A DNA stretch of 64,000 nt from a virus, in IMG/VR virus record IMGVR_UViG_3300045049_000286, positions 1 to 64,000 of that record. One strand, 5' to 3'. Every line of letters starts with the position of its first letter. Position 1 is the stretch's first letter. Under the pieces are notes generated by a model. The model had not been told where the DNA came from. It was given only the letters and a program-made list of their open reading frames with translations, and searched no databases. Positions 20,335 to 29,658 of the stretch are shown one piece after another. The position numbers and the translations under genes were made by a program.

Positions 20335-20700
20335 ATGGCGATTCGCGCACAGACCCCATCGCCGGACTGGTCCGACAAGCACTGGCGTGGCGAAGCGAAA
20401 TGCACCCGCACGCCGCCATCCCTCGGCGGCCCCGACCTCTTCTACGACGACGAACCGGTCGCCCTGGAATTCTGCAACGGCACCTTGTACCCAGGCGACT
20501 TCGTCTGCCCGCGCCGGGCCGAATGCCTGCGCACCGCGATGCTCAATCTGGAGAACTACGGCATCTGGGGCGGCATGACCCCCGAAGACCGGTTCGCGCT
20601 GCGGTCCCGCTACCCGGGAATGCCAGAGCGCTGGGTATGGCATCCGCCCCGCACCACCAACCAACTGGAGGACGAATCCTCGTGGCCAACGGCAGCATGA
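20335..20700 (+). CDS. whiB: WhiB family transcription factor
   Basis: W...AKC...FC...CPRRAEC...YGIWGG..PEDR. Confidence 0.9.
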   Translation: MAIRAQTPSPDWSDKHWRGEAKCTRTPPSLGGPDLFYDDEPVALEFCNGTLYPGDFVCPRRAECLRTAMLNLENYGIWGGMTPEDRFALRSRYPGMPERWVWHPPRTTNQLEDESSWPTAA

Positions 20701-21584
20701 AGCCCTCCAAGCAATTCGCCGCCTACCTGGAAGCACGCAAGTCCTCCGAAGTGCTCTACGGCGACATCCAAAAGCACGTCCTGGCCAAGGCGTTCAAGCC
20801 CAGCGGTCGGCGCACCGACTGCATGCACCCCTCCGCGATGGTCAAGTCCGACTGGTGCCACCGCGCCCAGTACTTCGAGCTGCTCGACCCGCCGGCGCGG
20901 CCGGCTACCACGTTCAACCGCGAGAACGTCTTCGAGATGGGCCACGCAATCCACCGCAAGTGGCAGGGCTGGCTGCAGGAGATGGGCCGGCTCGGCGGGG
21001 AGTGGCGCTGCCGCAACTGCAAGCACCAGTGGTGGTACGAGGCCACCCCGCTGCTGTGTCCCGCATGCGCCTCCTACGTCATCGAGTACGACGAGGTCAC
21101 CCTCAACGCCGACCCGCTGATGATCGGCGGCCACACCGACGGCTGGTGCCCCGAGGACAACTGCCTCATCGAGATCAAGTCCATGGGCCTTGGGTCACTG
21201 CGGTTCGAGGACCCCAAGTTCCTGCGCCGCTTCGAGGTCCACACCGAAGGACGCGGCATCTCCTGGGACCTGGACCGCATGTGGAAGCAGTTCAACCGGC
21301 CCCTGCCGGCCGCCTACCGGCAGGGCCAGCTCTACCTCTACATCGCCCGGCACTTCGAGGACCTGGACGTCGACCGGATCACGTTCCTCTACGAGTTCAA
21401 GGCCACCCAGGAATCCAAGGCGTTCACCGTGCTCTACGACGAGGACGTCTCCGAGCCGCTCATCACCGCCGCCAAGGCCATCGCCGACGCGATCCGCGAC
21501 CGCTCCCTGCCCGCCCCCGCCTGCAACATCGACCCAGAGAACGGATGCCGCAAGTGCCGAACCATGACCGCGACTGCTGCATGA
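20682..21584 (+). CDS. Cas4-like/RecB-family exonuclease
   Basis: HPS....WC; G..IH; GHTDG; IEIKS; Q..LY; C-terminal C..CxxC; alternative start 20697. Confidence 0.85.
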   Translation: MANGSMKPSKQFAAYLEARKSSEVLYGDIQKHVLAKAFKPSGRRTDCMHPSAMVKSDWCHRAQYFELLDPPARPATTFNRENVFEMGHAIHRKWQGWLQEMGRLGGEWRCRNCKHQWWYEATPLLCPACASYVIEYDEVTLNADPLMIGGHTDGWCPEDNCLIEIKSMGLGSLRFEDPKFLRRFEVHTEGRGISWDLDRMWKQFNRPLPAAYRQGQLYLYIARHFEDLDVDRITFLYEFKATQESKAFTVLYDEDVSEPLITAAKAIADAIRDRSLPAPACNIDPENGCRKCRTMTATAA

Positions 21585-21772
21585 ACCACGCCGAACCGAA
21601 GGTGCTGGACGACCAGGATCTGTTCATCGGCCCCAACCCGCAGATGGACCGCGTCGTCTTGGAGGTCGCCGGCCTGCAGATCGTCCTGCAGCCTGACGGT
21701 GCCCGCGAAGCCGCGCGCATCCTCAACCGCTCCGCGTCCCTCGTCGAGGCCCAGCAGGCGGTGCAACCATGA
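21581..21772 (+). CDS. Hypothetical protein
   Basis: ATGA overlaps at both ends. Confidence 0.6.
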   Translation: MNHAEPKVLDDQDLFIGPNPQMDRVVLEVAGLQIVLQPDGAREAARILNRSASLVEAQQAVQP

Positions 21773-22224
21773 CCTGGGAACTCCTGGACTCCCTCGGGTT
21801 CGCCAACGAGACCCGGCCCGACGGCTCGATGCCCACACTGCCGGCCGACGTCACCGAGCTGACCGACCAGACCCTCATGGCCCGCTTCGCGGCGCTGACC
21901 GAGTGGACCTGCTACGCCGCCGCTCAGCTCGCCATGGCCAAGGGCGAGCAGCGGGAAGGCCAGGCCGCCGTACGCGCCGCAACGGCGCTCGCGATGTCCA
22001 AGGTCACCGGAGAGCGCACCGTGTCCGGCCGCAAGGCCGCCGCCGCAGCCGACCCCGACGTCCGCGAAGCCGAAGACCAGCTCGACCGCGACACCAACCT
22101 GGTCGAGGCGCTGGAGATGGTGCACGAGAACGCCAAGTCCCGGGCCCAGTTCATGTCCCGCGAGCTGTCGCGGCGTATCGCGATGCGAGACACCCAAAAC
22201 CGCAACGACAAGTGGGGAGTGTGA
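21769..22224 (+). CDS. Helical hypothetical protein
   Basis: Ala-rich helical ORF ending SRELSRR. Confidence 0.7.
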   Translation: MTWELLDSLGFANETRPDGSMPTLPADVTELTDQTLMARFAALTEWTCYAAAQLAMAKGEQREGQAAVRAATALAMSKVTGERTVSGRKAAAAADPDVREAEDQLDRDTNLVEALEMVHENAKSRAQFMSRELSRRIAMRDTQNRNDKWGV

Positions 22225-22230
22225 CCGACC

Positions 22231-22479
22231 ATGGGTCTGTACCGGCTCGACACCCGCGCCCTGGTGCAGGAGATCGACCAGGAACTGCGCGCCTGCGGCA
22301 TGTCCTACCGCCAGCTCACCCGCGAGCTGGACCTGTCCACCAACACCCTCTTCACACGCATGCGGGCTGGCAAGGAGGTCCACTCCGACTCGCTCGCCAC
22401 GGTGCTGCACTGGATGCGCATGGACGACGGCATCCGGCACCTGATCGTGCCCACCGACCCAGGCCGAGGCCACCGGTGA
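22231..22479 (+). CDS. XRE-like HTH protein
   Basis: GMSYRQLTRELDLSTNTLFTRMRAG. Confidence 0.75.
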   Translation: MGLYRLDTRALVQEIDQELRACGMSYRQLTRELDLSTNTLFTRMRAGKEVHSDSLATVLHWMRMDDGIRHLIVPTDPGRGHR

Positions 22480-23057
22480 GCGGCCTCACCTACACCAGCA
22501 CCGAGCCGCCGGTCATCCACGTCGGCATCGACCCCTCCTACAGCGCGTTCGCAATGGTCGCCCACGTCACCGGCCCCAAGGAGAACGGGCACCACCAGTG
22601 GCTGTGGGACTTCTCCCCCAGCAAGGCCGGCCGCGCCGGCGCCCGCCTGCGATGCATCCAAGCAACCCTGCGCGACGCCTTCGGCGAGATCCACTCACAC
22701 GGACGCATCGCGGTGGTCGCCCTCGAAGGCTACGCACCCGGCCGAACCCAAAACCGTGAGGTGATGGGGGAACTCGGCGGCGTGGTCAAGATGGTCCTGG
22801 ACGAGGAGGTCGGCGACGGCCGCGTGTTCGTCGTCGCCCCCACCGCCCTCAAGAAGTTCGTCACCGGCTCCGGCAGCGCCCCCAAGGATAACGTCCTGCT
22901 GCAGGTCTACAAGAAGTGGGGCGTGGAGTTTCGATCCAACGACGTCGCCGACGCGTTCGGCCTCATGCAGGTCGCCCGCGCCTTGAACTACGGCGCCGAA
23001 CGCGCCTACGAACAAGAGGTCATCAAGTCCCTGCTGGCGAAGCAGGATAACGGGTAG
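22476..23057 (+). CDS. ruvC: RuvC-like resolvase
   Basis: VGIDPS; ALEGY; ELGG; PTALKKFVTG.G.A.K; DVADA. Confidence 0.9.
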   Translation: MSGLTYTSTEPPVIHVGIDPSYSAFAMVAHVTGPKENGHHQWLWDFSPSKAGRAGARLRCIQATLRDAFGEIHSHGRIAVVALEGYAPGRTQNREVMGELGGVVKMVLDEEVGDGRVFVVAPTALKKFVTGSGSAPKDNVLLQVYKKWGVEFRSNDVADAFGLMQVARALNYGAERAYEQEVIKSLLAKQDNG

Positions 23058-23115
23058 GAAAACTCGCGCCGTACGCTCCAGCCACAATTCGGAACAAGAT
23101 CAGGGAGCGTACACG

Positions 23116-23394
23116 GTGGAAGACAAGACGGAAGACCAGACCTTCCGGGTGAAGTCCACCACTTCGCCGCCGGAACTCGGCTCGGCCATCGCCCACGCCA
23201 TCAACAAGGGCAGTGAGGTCACCCTCAAAGCAGTCGGCGCGGGCGCGGTGAACCAGGCCGTGAAGTCCATCCCGATCGCCCAGAGTTTCGTCATCTCCTT
23301 CGGCATCGAGCTGGTCCAGCAGATCAGCTTCTTCAACGGCCGCGCACGCGAGGGCGAACTCGTCGGAGTCGCGATCCGCGTCATGCGCCGCTGA
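23116..23394 (+). CDS. spoVS: SpoVS family protein
   Basis: RVKSTTSP..LGSAIAHA...LKAVGAGAVNQAVKSI.IA. Confidence 0.9.
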   Translation: MEDKTEDQTFRVKSTTSPPELGSAIAHAINKGSEVTLKAVGAGAVNQAVKSIPIAQSFVISFGIELVQQISFFNGRAREGELVGVAIRVMRR

Positions 23395-23463
23395 ATATTC
23401 GCGCCGAAAGACGCGCTTTTATCCTCCCCTTCGACGCTCCACATAGCGAAGGGCCGAAGGATC

Positions 23464-23823
23464 ATGGACTCGAAGCACTGGACGGCCCCGAACCGGGGCA
23501 AGGAGACGCCGCTCACCTCCGGCATGCTCAACCACGGCCAGTTCGGCGCCGGCACCGAGACCAGCCACGGCTGCGTCGTCACCCCCATCGCCGGCCACTC
23601 CGCCCCGCGCCACTACGCGGGCGCCGCCGACCCGGCTGCCGGCCCGCACGACTACCGCCGCAACGTGCCGCTCGGAGGCGACACCTACGGTCCCGCCGGC
23701 CGCGTCCAGGTCACCCGCGCCTACGCCGACCCCTCCGGCGTCAAGCAGGTCCGCCCCGTGCGCTCTGCGTTCGGCCCGCAGGACAACTTCCGCTCCGGCC
23801 GCGCCGACGGGGTGACCGAGTGA
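23464..23823 (+). CDS. Hypothetical protein
   Basis: AAGGA RBS; GC3 bias. Confidence 0.65.
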   Translation: MDSKHWTAPNRGKETPLTSGMLNHGQFGAGTETSHGCVVTPIAGHSAPRHYAGAADPAAGPHDYRRNVPLGGDTYGPAGRVQVTRAYADPSGVKQVRPVRSAFGPQDNFRSGRADGVTE

Positions 23824-24026
23824 ACCCGGTCCAGGCGTACCCCGAGGACCCGGACTTCCGCGCCGACGCCTACCCCACCACCGTCACCCGGGGGCCGGTC
23901 CAGCCGACCGGCCACACCCACCTGCTGTCGGCCGACCAGTTCGCCTCCCGGCCCACCTCCATGGTGTCCGAGTTCCAGCAGGGCTACGAACTGGGCCGCG
24001 ACGCGCAGGCAACCGGCCAGCCGTGA
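23820..24026 (+). CDS. Hypothetical protein
   Basis: GTGA overlaps. Confidence 0.6.
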   Translation: MNPVQAYPEDPDFRADAYPTTVTRGPVQPTGHTHLLSADQFASRPTSMVSEFQQGYELGRDAQATGQP

Positions 24027-24214
24027 CCGTCCCCGCCGCGCCCGAGCCAGAAGAGCCCGCCGCCCGCAGCGCGGACACCATCGGCGCGGCACCCACCAGC
24101 CCCTCCCGCCCGCTCGCCGACACCGGACTCACCGGCGCCGGGCGGGAGGCACACATCGCCAACTTCCACGACGCCGTCAACCGCAGCCTCGGCAAGGAGG
24201 TGCACAACCTATGA
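24023..24214 (+). CDS. Hypothetical protein
   Basis: Overlap coupling at both ends. Confidence 0.55.
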   Translation: MTVPAAPEPEEPAARSADTIGAAPTSPSRPLADTGLTGAGREAHIANFHDAVNRSLGKEVHNL

Positions 24215-24819
24215 ACACGCCAGGGCAGATGCGGGGACAGTACGCCAACGCGAACCTCTCCTACAGCCCCCCATACGGCGCGCAGGTCCCCGGCGCCACC
24301 ACCTACACCGGCGGCGGAGGCGGCCACCTGATCACCGGCGCCCGCGACATCCTCGACGCACGCCGCCTGATGGAAACCGGCCACGTCCCAACCGCCGCCT
24401 ACCCCGACGGCTACCTCGGCACCATCGGCGCCGGCACCCGCCGCGAGGACCGCCTCCTCGGCGCAGTCGCCAACCGAGCCACCCAGCGCTCCTACCAGCG
24501 CGGCGTCCACAAGGGCGAGCGCATAGACCCCGCCGACTACTACTGGACCGACCAGGTCAACCCCGCCGCCGGCATCCGCGCCCAGATGAACAACCAGCCC
24601 AACCCCAACGGCGGTATCGCCACCGGCCGCTGGACACAAAAGGGCACGATAATCGGCTCCCCGCTGGTCAATGACGCCAAGTCCGACACCCTGGTCGCCA
24701 CCCACGCCCGGTTCGCCACCGCGCAGCGCGTCTACACCCAGGAGCTGACGCCGCCGTACACCTCGGTCAACGAGGAGCGGCGCGCGCAACTCATGCGCTT
24801 CAAGACCCCGTGGAGCTGA
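24211..24819 (+). CDS. Hypothetical protein
   Basis: AAGGAGG RBS; YPDGYLGT...RSYQRGVHKGERID motif. Confidence 0.75.
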   Translation: MNTPGQMRGQYANANLSYSPPYGAQVPGATTYTGGGGGHLITGARDILDARRLMETGHVPTAAYPDGYLGTIGAGTRREDRLLGAVANRATQRSYQRGVHKGERIDPADYYWTDQVNPAAGIRAQMNNQPNPNGGIATGRWTQKGTIIGSPLVNDAKSDTLVATHARFATAQRVYTQELTPPYTSVNEERRAQLMRFKTPWS

Positions 24820-24822
24820 GCC

Positions 24823-25116
24823 GTGTACGAAGCCGACTCCCAGTACGCCACGCGCCCGTGGTCCACCAGCCAGGAGCAGCAGGTCTCCAACTACCTCATG
24901 GAGTGGCTGGACCTGCCCACCGACGCGATCCGCCGCATCGCCCCGCCGGTGCCGAACATCGGCCGGCGCCCGCCCCGCTTCGGCTACCGCACCCACGTGC
25001 CCGGCATCGCCGACATCGCCCGCCTCGACGACATCTACCCCGGCGCGCGCGTGGACTACAGCCAGCGCCAGTCCGGCTACTCCGCCACCCAGACGCCCGC
25101 GTTGGGAGTGATCTGA
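24823..25116 (+). CDS. Hypothetical protein
   Basis: GGAG RBS; GC3 bias. Confidence 0.65.
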   Translation: MYEADSQYATRPWSTSQEQQVSNYLMEWLDLPTDAIRRIAPPVPNIGRRPPRFGYRTHVPGIADIARLDDIYPGARVDYSQRQSGYSATQTPALGVI

Positions 25117-25117
25117 C

Positions 25118-25375
25118 ATGCCCAAGCGCACCAGCTTGACCGACCGCCGTGGCCACGGGGTGGGCGACAACACCGGCACGAAGGTGACGGCGAAGGCCAA
25201 CCTGCAAGACCAGCGCAAGAAGGGTGCCTACGCCCCCAAGCCACCCGCCGCGACGACCAGCAGCGAGTTCGCGGCCGGCGCGGCGGCCGGCCTGGGCCGC
25301 ACTCCCGCGACCCAGGGAAAGCCGCCAGCCCGCACCACCGGGAAGGCGCCGAAGCTCGGAGCAGGACATGGCTGA
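25118..25375 (+). CDS. Small basic K/A/T/G-rich protein
   Basis: GGAG RBS; low complexity. Confidence 0.6.
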   Translation: MPKRTSLTDRRGHGVGDNTGTKVTAKANLQDQRKKGAYAPKPPAATTSSEFAAGAAAGLGRTPATQGKPPARTTGKAPKLGAGHG

Positions 25376-25481
25376 CAAGAAGAAGCTGCCACCGTTCATG
25401 GACAAGAAGGACGACAAGGGCGGCAACGGCAAGGCGGCCTCGAAGAAGACGGCCAAGAAGGACACCAAGAAGAAGCGCTAG
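25368..25481 (+). CDS. 37-aa Lys-rich protein
   Basis: MADKKKLPP...KKTAKKDTKKKR; GGAG/AGGA RBS. Confidence 0.6.
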   Translation: MADKKKLPPFMDKKDDKGGNGKAASKKTAKKDTKKKR

Positions 25482-25491
25482 GAGCACCGCC

Positions 25492-25737
25492 ATGGCATAC
25501 GCCCCCCGCCGCTCCCTGTCCGACGGCCTCAAGGCCGGCTACACCGACGGCACCTGGAAGAAGGGCGTCCGTGAGCGCGGCGGGGTGGTCGAGCCCACCA
25601 CCGCGCGCGTGCGCGACGACCTCGCGGACACCTACTACGGCATCCACGAAGCGGCGGTGAAGATCGACCCCTTCGGCCGGCCGATCACCACCCCCGACAC
25701 GAACACCGGCGGCCCCGTCACCTACCCCGGAAGCTGA
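25492..25737 (+). CDS. Hypothetical protein
   Basis: AGGAG RBS. Confidence 0.65.
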   Translation: MAYAPRRSLSDGLKAGYTDGTWKKGVRERGGVVEPTTARVRDDLADTYYGIHEAAVKIDPFGRPITTPDTNTGGPVTYPGS

Positions 25738-25770
25738 GCCGGACCCGACTTACGCCTTCTGGAGGCACCG

Positions 25771-27078
25771 GTGACCACACCGATCACGAACATCGAGACC
25801 AACTCCGACCTGACCGCCGAGTCCGGCTCGCTCGCGGGGCGCACCACCACCCCCCCGGAGACCGCCGCCGCCCGCATCACCGACCGGCAGGCCGTCAGCT
25901 ACCCCGTCATCCCGGCTCCGCCCACGCCGATCTGGTACACCAACAGCTCCGGCACCGCGATCCCCGGCGGCACGGTCACGCCCACCTCGATCCAGCTCTT
26001 TTGGAAGAGCAACGTCGGCGCCATCGCCGCCGGATCGAAGATGCCCCCGCTGCCGCCCACCGCGAGCGCCGACCCTATCAACAAGGGCTCCGCCGGCGTG
26101 CAGCACCTCGGGGTCGGCGGCCACAACATCTACATCAACGGCGCCACCAGCCCGAGCCTTCGCCTGCGCGGGCCCGCCACCACGGCCATCATCACCGGCT
26201 ACTTCAACAGCTCCGGCGTGTGGACCCTGATCCAGCCCAACACCACCTACACGATCGTGGTGGAGGCGTGCTACCCCACCGGCACCCTCCCGGGCCTGCA
26301 GGGCAACGGACCCACCACCCCCTCGGCGCTGGCCGGAACCGGCTCCGGCAACAAGTCCGCATCGCTGTCGGTGACCACCCCGCTGACCACCACCACGTCC
26401 CAGCAGGTGACCACCCCGCCGCCCACCGCCGGCGGCGTGCAGCTCACCGCCCCCGTCCCGGTCATCACCGCCCCGGCCGGCGTGCAGATCTCCATGAGCT
26501 GGAACCGCGTCTCGCAGGCCACCGGCTACGAGCTGTGGGACAACAACTCCACCACCAACGACCTGCAGCCGGACCCCAACAACCCCGGGTTCTTCCTCGG
26601 CGACTACAAGGTCGGCACCATCACCCAGGTCGCCCTGCCGGCCACCACCGTCACCTACATGACCCCGGCCTACCAGATCCCCGGCGTGCCGTTCCGCCTC
26701 AAGGTCCGCTCGGTCAAGACCGACTCCAACGGCACCGCCTACTCCGCGTTCTCGCCCGTCCTGCGCGGCACCATCCCCCCGGCTCTCACCGCCCCGGCCA
26801 CCCCGCCCGCCCCGACAGCCGCCAACAACGCAAGCCCCGCGCACTCGGTCAACGTCACCGTCAACGCCAACAGCTCCTTCACCGGCGGCAACGCCCCGGA
26901 GTACTACAAGATCTACGACGGGGCCACCCTCAAGACGCAGCTCACCGCCGCGCAGATCGGCACCCCCTACCAGATCCAGTACGCCGGCTCCGGCGTGAAC
27001 TACTCGATCACCGTGGTCGCGGGCAACAGCAAGGGCCTGTCCGTCGCCTCCCCCGCCGCCACCGGGACCACCACGTGA
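25771..27078 (+). CDS. Fibronectin type III domain protein, probably virion-associated
   Basis: T-rich; SIQLFW; QPNTTYTIVVEA; SMSWN..SQATGY; YSITVVAGN..GLS..S. Confidence 0.75.
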   Translation: MTTPITNIETNSDLTAESGSLAGRTTTPPETAAARITDRQAVSYPVIPAPPTPIWYTNSSGTAIPGGTVTPTSIQLFWKSNVGAIAAGSKMPPLPPTASADPINKGSAGVQHLGVGGHNIYINGATSPSLRLRGPATTAIITGYFNSSGVWTLIQPNTTYTIVVEACYPTGTLPGLQGNGPTTPSALAGTGSGNKSASLSVTTPLTTTTSQQVTTPPPTAGGVQLTAPVPVITAPAGVQISMSWNRVSQATGYELWDNNSTTNDLQPDPNNPGFFLGDYKVGTITQVALPATTVTYMTPAYQIPGVPFRLKVRSVKTDSNGTAYSAFSPVLRGTIPPALTAPATPPAPTAANNASPAHSVNVTVNANSSFTGGNAPEYYKIYDGATLKTQLTAAQIGTPYQIQYAGSGVNYSITVVAGNSKGLSVASPAATGTTT

Positions 27079-27359
27079 CCACCCGCATCAACGCCGCCGT
27101 CGACCGGCTCCTGGCCACCGTCGAACAGGCCAGCATCTCCCGATGGCACATCCTCGCGCTGCTCTTCCTCGGCGTGGGCCTGCTCACCCAGGGCCACAAC
27201 GCGAGCTTCGAGCTGGTCGGTGGCAACTACACCAACATCATCTCCGCGACCGTCAGCCTCCTGGTCCTGGCCGAGCAAAAGCGCGCCGACAAACGCCGCT
27301 CCGACCTCCACGCCGACCTCAAGGACCACATCACCACCACACACACCGAGTCCAGATAG
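27075..27359 (+). CDS. Membrane protein in lysis cassette
   Basis: Two hydrophobic segments; directly before amidase. Confidence 0.6.
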   Translation: MTTRINAAVDRLLATVEQASISRWHILALLFLGVGLLTQGHNASFELVGGNYTNIISATVSLLVLAEQKRADKRRSDLHADLKDHITTTHTESR

Positions 27360-27374
27360 AAGGAGTGACACCTC

Positions 27375-28169
27375 ATGGCGCGCATGCCCGGAGCCGTTTG
27401 GATAGGCCCCACCCCCAACGAGCACCCCAACGGAATGCTCGACCACCGTGGGCTCGTCCTGCACATCCAGCAGGGCACCGAAGCCGGCAGCGAGGCGTGG
27501 TTCAAGGACCCCGCCAGCCAGGCCAGCGCCCACTTCCTCAACCCCAAGACCGGACCGCTGCGCCAGCTCGTCGACACCGACGACCGCGCCTGGGCCGAGA
27601 TGCGCGGCAACTGGTACTGGGTCAGCATCGAGAACGAGGGCTACTCCGGGCAGCAGCTCACCGCCTCCCAGTTGGAGAACGCCGCCCGCCTCCTCGCGTG
27701 GCTGCACACCACCTACCAAGTGCCCCTGCAGTCCACCGACGACCCCAACGGCCACGGCCTTGGCTGGCACGGCATGGGCGGCGACGCCTGGGGCGGCCAC
27801 TTCGACTGCCCCGGAGACCCCATCAAGGCCCAGCGCGGCCAGATCATCGCCCGCGCCCAGGCCATCCTCGGCCAGCCCACGCCCCCGCCCAGCGGCGGCG
27901 GCAGCAAGACCTACATCCCGCCCGCGTTCCCCACCGGCCTGCACCCGGACGGCACCAGCCCCTCCGCCAAGCCACTGCAGCAGGCGCTCAAGGCCACCGG
28001 TTGGCTCGCCAAGGACGTCGTCCTGTCCGACCACTACGGCCCCCTCACCCAGCACGCGGTCGCCGGCTTCAACGCCAAGCACAACCTCAACGACACCGGC
28101 CTCACCTACGACCCGGCGATCGGACCGCGCGGCTGGGCCCTGCTCAACACCCTCGCCTACGGTCACTGA
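27375..28169 (+). CDS. Endolysin: N-acetylmuramoyl-L-alanine amidase with C-terminal peptidoglycan-binding domain
   Basis: LVLH; SAHF; QLVD...AWA...GN...SIENE; WH...CPG; LQQALK..G....D.YGPLT..AV..F. Confidence 0.9.
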   Translation: MARMPGAVWIGPTPNEHPNGMLDHRGLVLHIQQGTEAGSEAWFKDPASQASAHFLNPKTGPLRQLVDTDDRAWAEMRGNWYWVSIENEGYSGQQLTASQLENAARLLAWLHTTYQVPLQSTDDPNGHGLGWHGMGGDAWGGHFDCPGDPIKAQRGQIIARAQAILGQPTPPPSGGGSKTYIPPAFPTGLHPDGTSPSAKPLQQALKATGWLAKDVVLSDHYGPLTQHAVAGFNAKHNLNDTGLTYDPAIGPRGWALLNTLAYGH

Positions 28170-28180
28170 CGGACAAGGAC

Positions 28181-28459
28181 ATGACCATGAACAAGACGTT
28201 CCTCGTCGACCTCGCCGAGCGCACCATCTCCACCTACCTGCAGGCCCTCCTCGGCCTGCTGCTCGCCGACTCCACCCACCTGCTCAGCCTCGGCGCCCTC
28301 AAGGCCACCGCCATCGCCTCCCTGCCGGCCGCCCTCGCCGTCGTCAAGGGCGCACTGGCCGGCTCCATCGGCACCGCCGGCACCGCCTCCCTGCTGCCCG
28401 CCGCCGGCACCGCCAGCGCCACCCCGGCCCCGGCCGCCAGCACCACCAGCGCCGGCTGA
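28181..28459 (+). CDS. Holin, r1t-like
   Basis: F..DLAERTISTYLQALLG; follows amidase. Confidence 0.85.
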   Translation: MTMNKTFLVDLAERTISTYLQALLGLLLADSTHLLSLGALKATAIASLPAALAVVKGALAGSIGTAGTASLLPAAGTASATPAPAASTTSAG

Positions 28460-28584
28460 CCCACCCACGCGGCGCACAGGCATTAACCCGCGCGAAAAAC
28501 CCCTCCGTAGGGTCGGGAGCCGTCACCCAGGAACGCCTCTGGGAGAGCCGGTGACACGCTCCTGTTCCCGTTGAACGGACCGAA

Positions 28585-29133
28585 ATGCTCTCCCAGCGAC
28601 TCAAAAACCGCCTCACCACCCACGCCATGGCGCCCCTTTACGCGCTCGCAGCCGCCGCCATCGCGGCCACCGCGTTCCTCGCGCCAGCAAGCGCCGCGCC
28701 CCACCCGGCCGCCGCGACGAAGCCGGCACGCGCCGTGCAGGTAGACGATCTTGTCCCGCACCGCAACGCCGCCGTCGCCCACACCATCCAGGCCACCCGC
28801 GCACCGGCCACGGCCGCCATCCACCACCGGCGCCTCGTGATCACCACCACCGCCGGCGCCAAGCGCTACGCCCGCTCCCTGCTCTCCGCCCGCCAGTACG
28901 CGTGCCTGAACAACATCTACATGCGCGAGTCCGGCTGGGACATCCACGCCTGGAACCCCGAGGGCGCCTACGGCATCCCGCAGGCGTACCCCGGCTGGAA
29001 GATGCGCACCTTCGGCAGCGACTGGCGCTGGAACGCGGCCACCCAAATCAACTGGGGCCTCTCCTACATCCACGACCGCTACGGCACCCCCTGCAGCGCG
29101 TGGGCCTTCTGGCAGGACCACAACTGGTACTAG
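28585..29133 (+). CDS. Secreted lytic transglycosylase/lysozyme-like protein
   Basis: Signal-peptide-like Ala stretch; CL..I..RESGW...A.NP.GAYGIPQA.PG.KM...QI.WG..YI..RYG.PC.AW. Confidence 0.9.
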   Translation: MLSQRLKNRLTTHAMAPLYALAAAAIAATAFLAPASAAPHPAAATKPARAVQVDDLVPHRNAAVAHTIQATRAPATAAIHHRRLVITTTAGAKRYARSLLSARQYACLNNIYMRESGWDIHAWNPEGAYGIPQAYPGWKMRTFGSDWRWNAATQINWGLSYIHDRYGTPCSAWAFWQDHNWY

Positions 29134-29151
29134 AGACGGGACTCGTCCACC

Positions 29152-29658
29152 GTGAGCAACATTCGCATTCTGATCTGCAAGGACTGCCAGTCCACCGAGA
29201 CCCTCCCCGACTTCCAGGGACGGCCGGCCGACGACGTCGAACTCGAATACGCCTGCTCCAAGCACGCCTACCCCGACGGCACACGCCACCTCGGGGGACG
29301 CCTGTTCACGGTGGACGAAACCGTCTGGAACAACCGCGAAGCCCGCGACGAGATCCTCAAGCAGATGTGGCAGAAGATGGGCCACACCGGACTCGAACCA
29401 TGGGTCTACCAGGCCGTCGACACCCTGCGCGCCGACGCAATGCAGTGCTGGCGCGACCGCCTGCGCCCCACCCGCTGCGCCGACTTCCACTCGGACAAGA
29501 AGATCCTCACCCCGCCCACCCGCGCCGAGCGCAAGTCCGAGGGCATGCCCAAGTGGGACAAGAACAACCGCGCAGCCCAGCGCTACCTGTGCGACTACTG
29601 CCCCATGCGCTCCGTCGCCGAGCAGGAAGTGCGAGCCAAGCAGGGCCTGTACGAATGA
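29152..29658 (+). CDS. Cys-motif hypothetical protein
   Basis: CKDC and LCDYCP. Confidence 0.7.
   Translation: MSNIRILICKDCQSTETLPDFQGRPADDVELEYACSKHAYPDGTRHLGGRLFTVDETVWNNREARDEILKQMWQKMGHTGLEPWVYQAVDTLRADAMQCWRDRLRPTRCADFHSDKKILTPPTRAERKSEGMPKWDKNNRAAQRYLCDYCPMRSVAEQEVRAKQGLYE

Noticed and set aside
20682-21584. Cas4-like gene as evidence for CRISPR-Cas
   Set aside because: No repeat-spacer array or other cas genes seen; solo Cas4-like nucleases are common in phage recombination modules
28480-28584. c-di-AMP (ydaO) riboswitch
   Set aside because: Context fits but I could not find the conserved riboswitch sequence blocks
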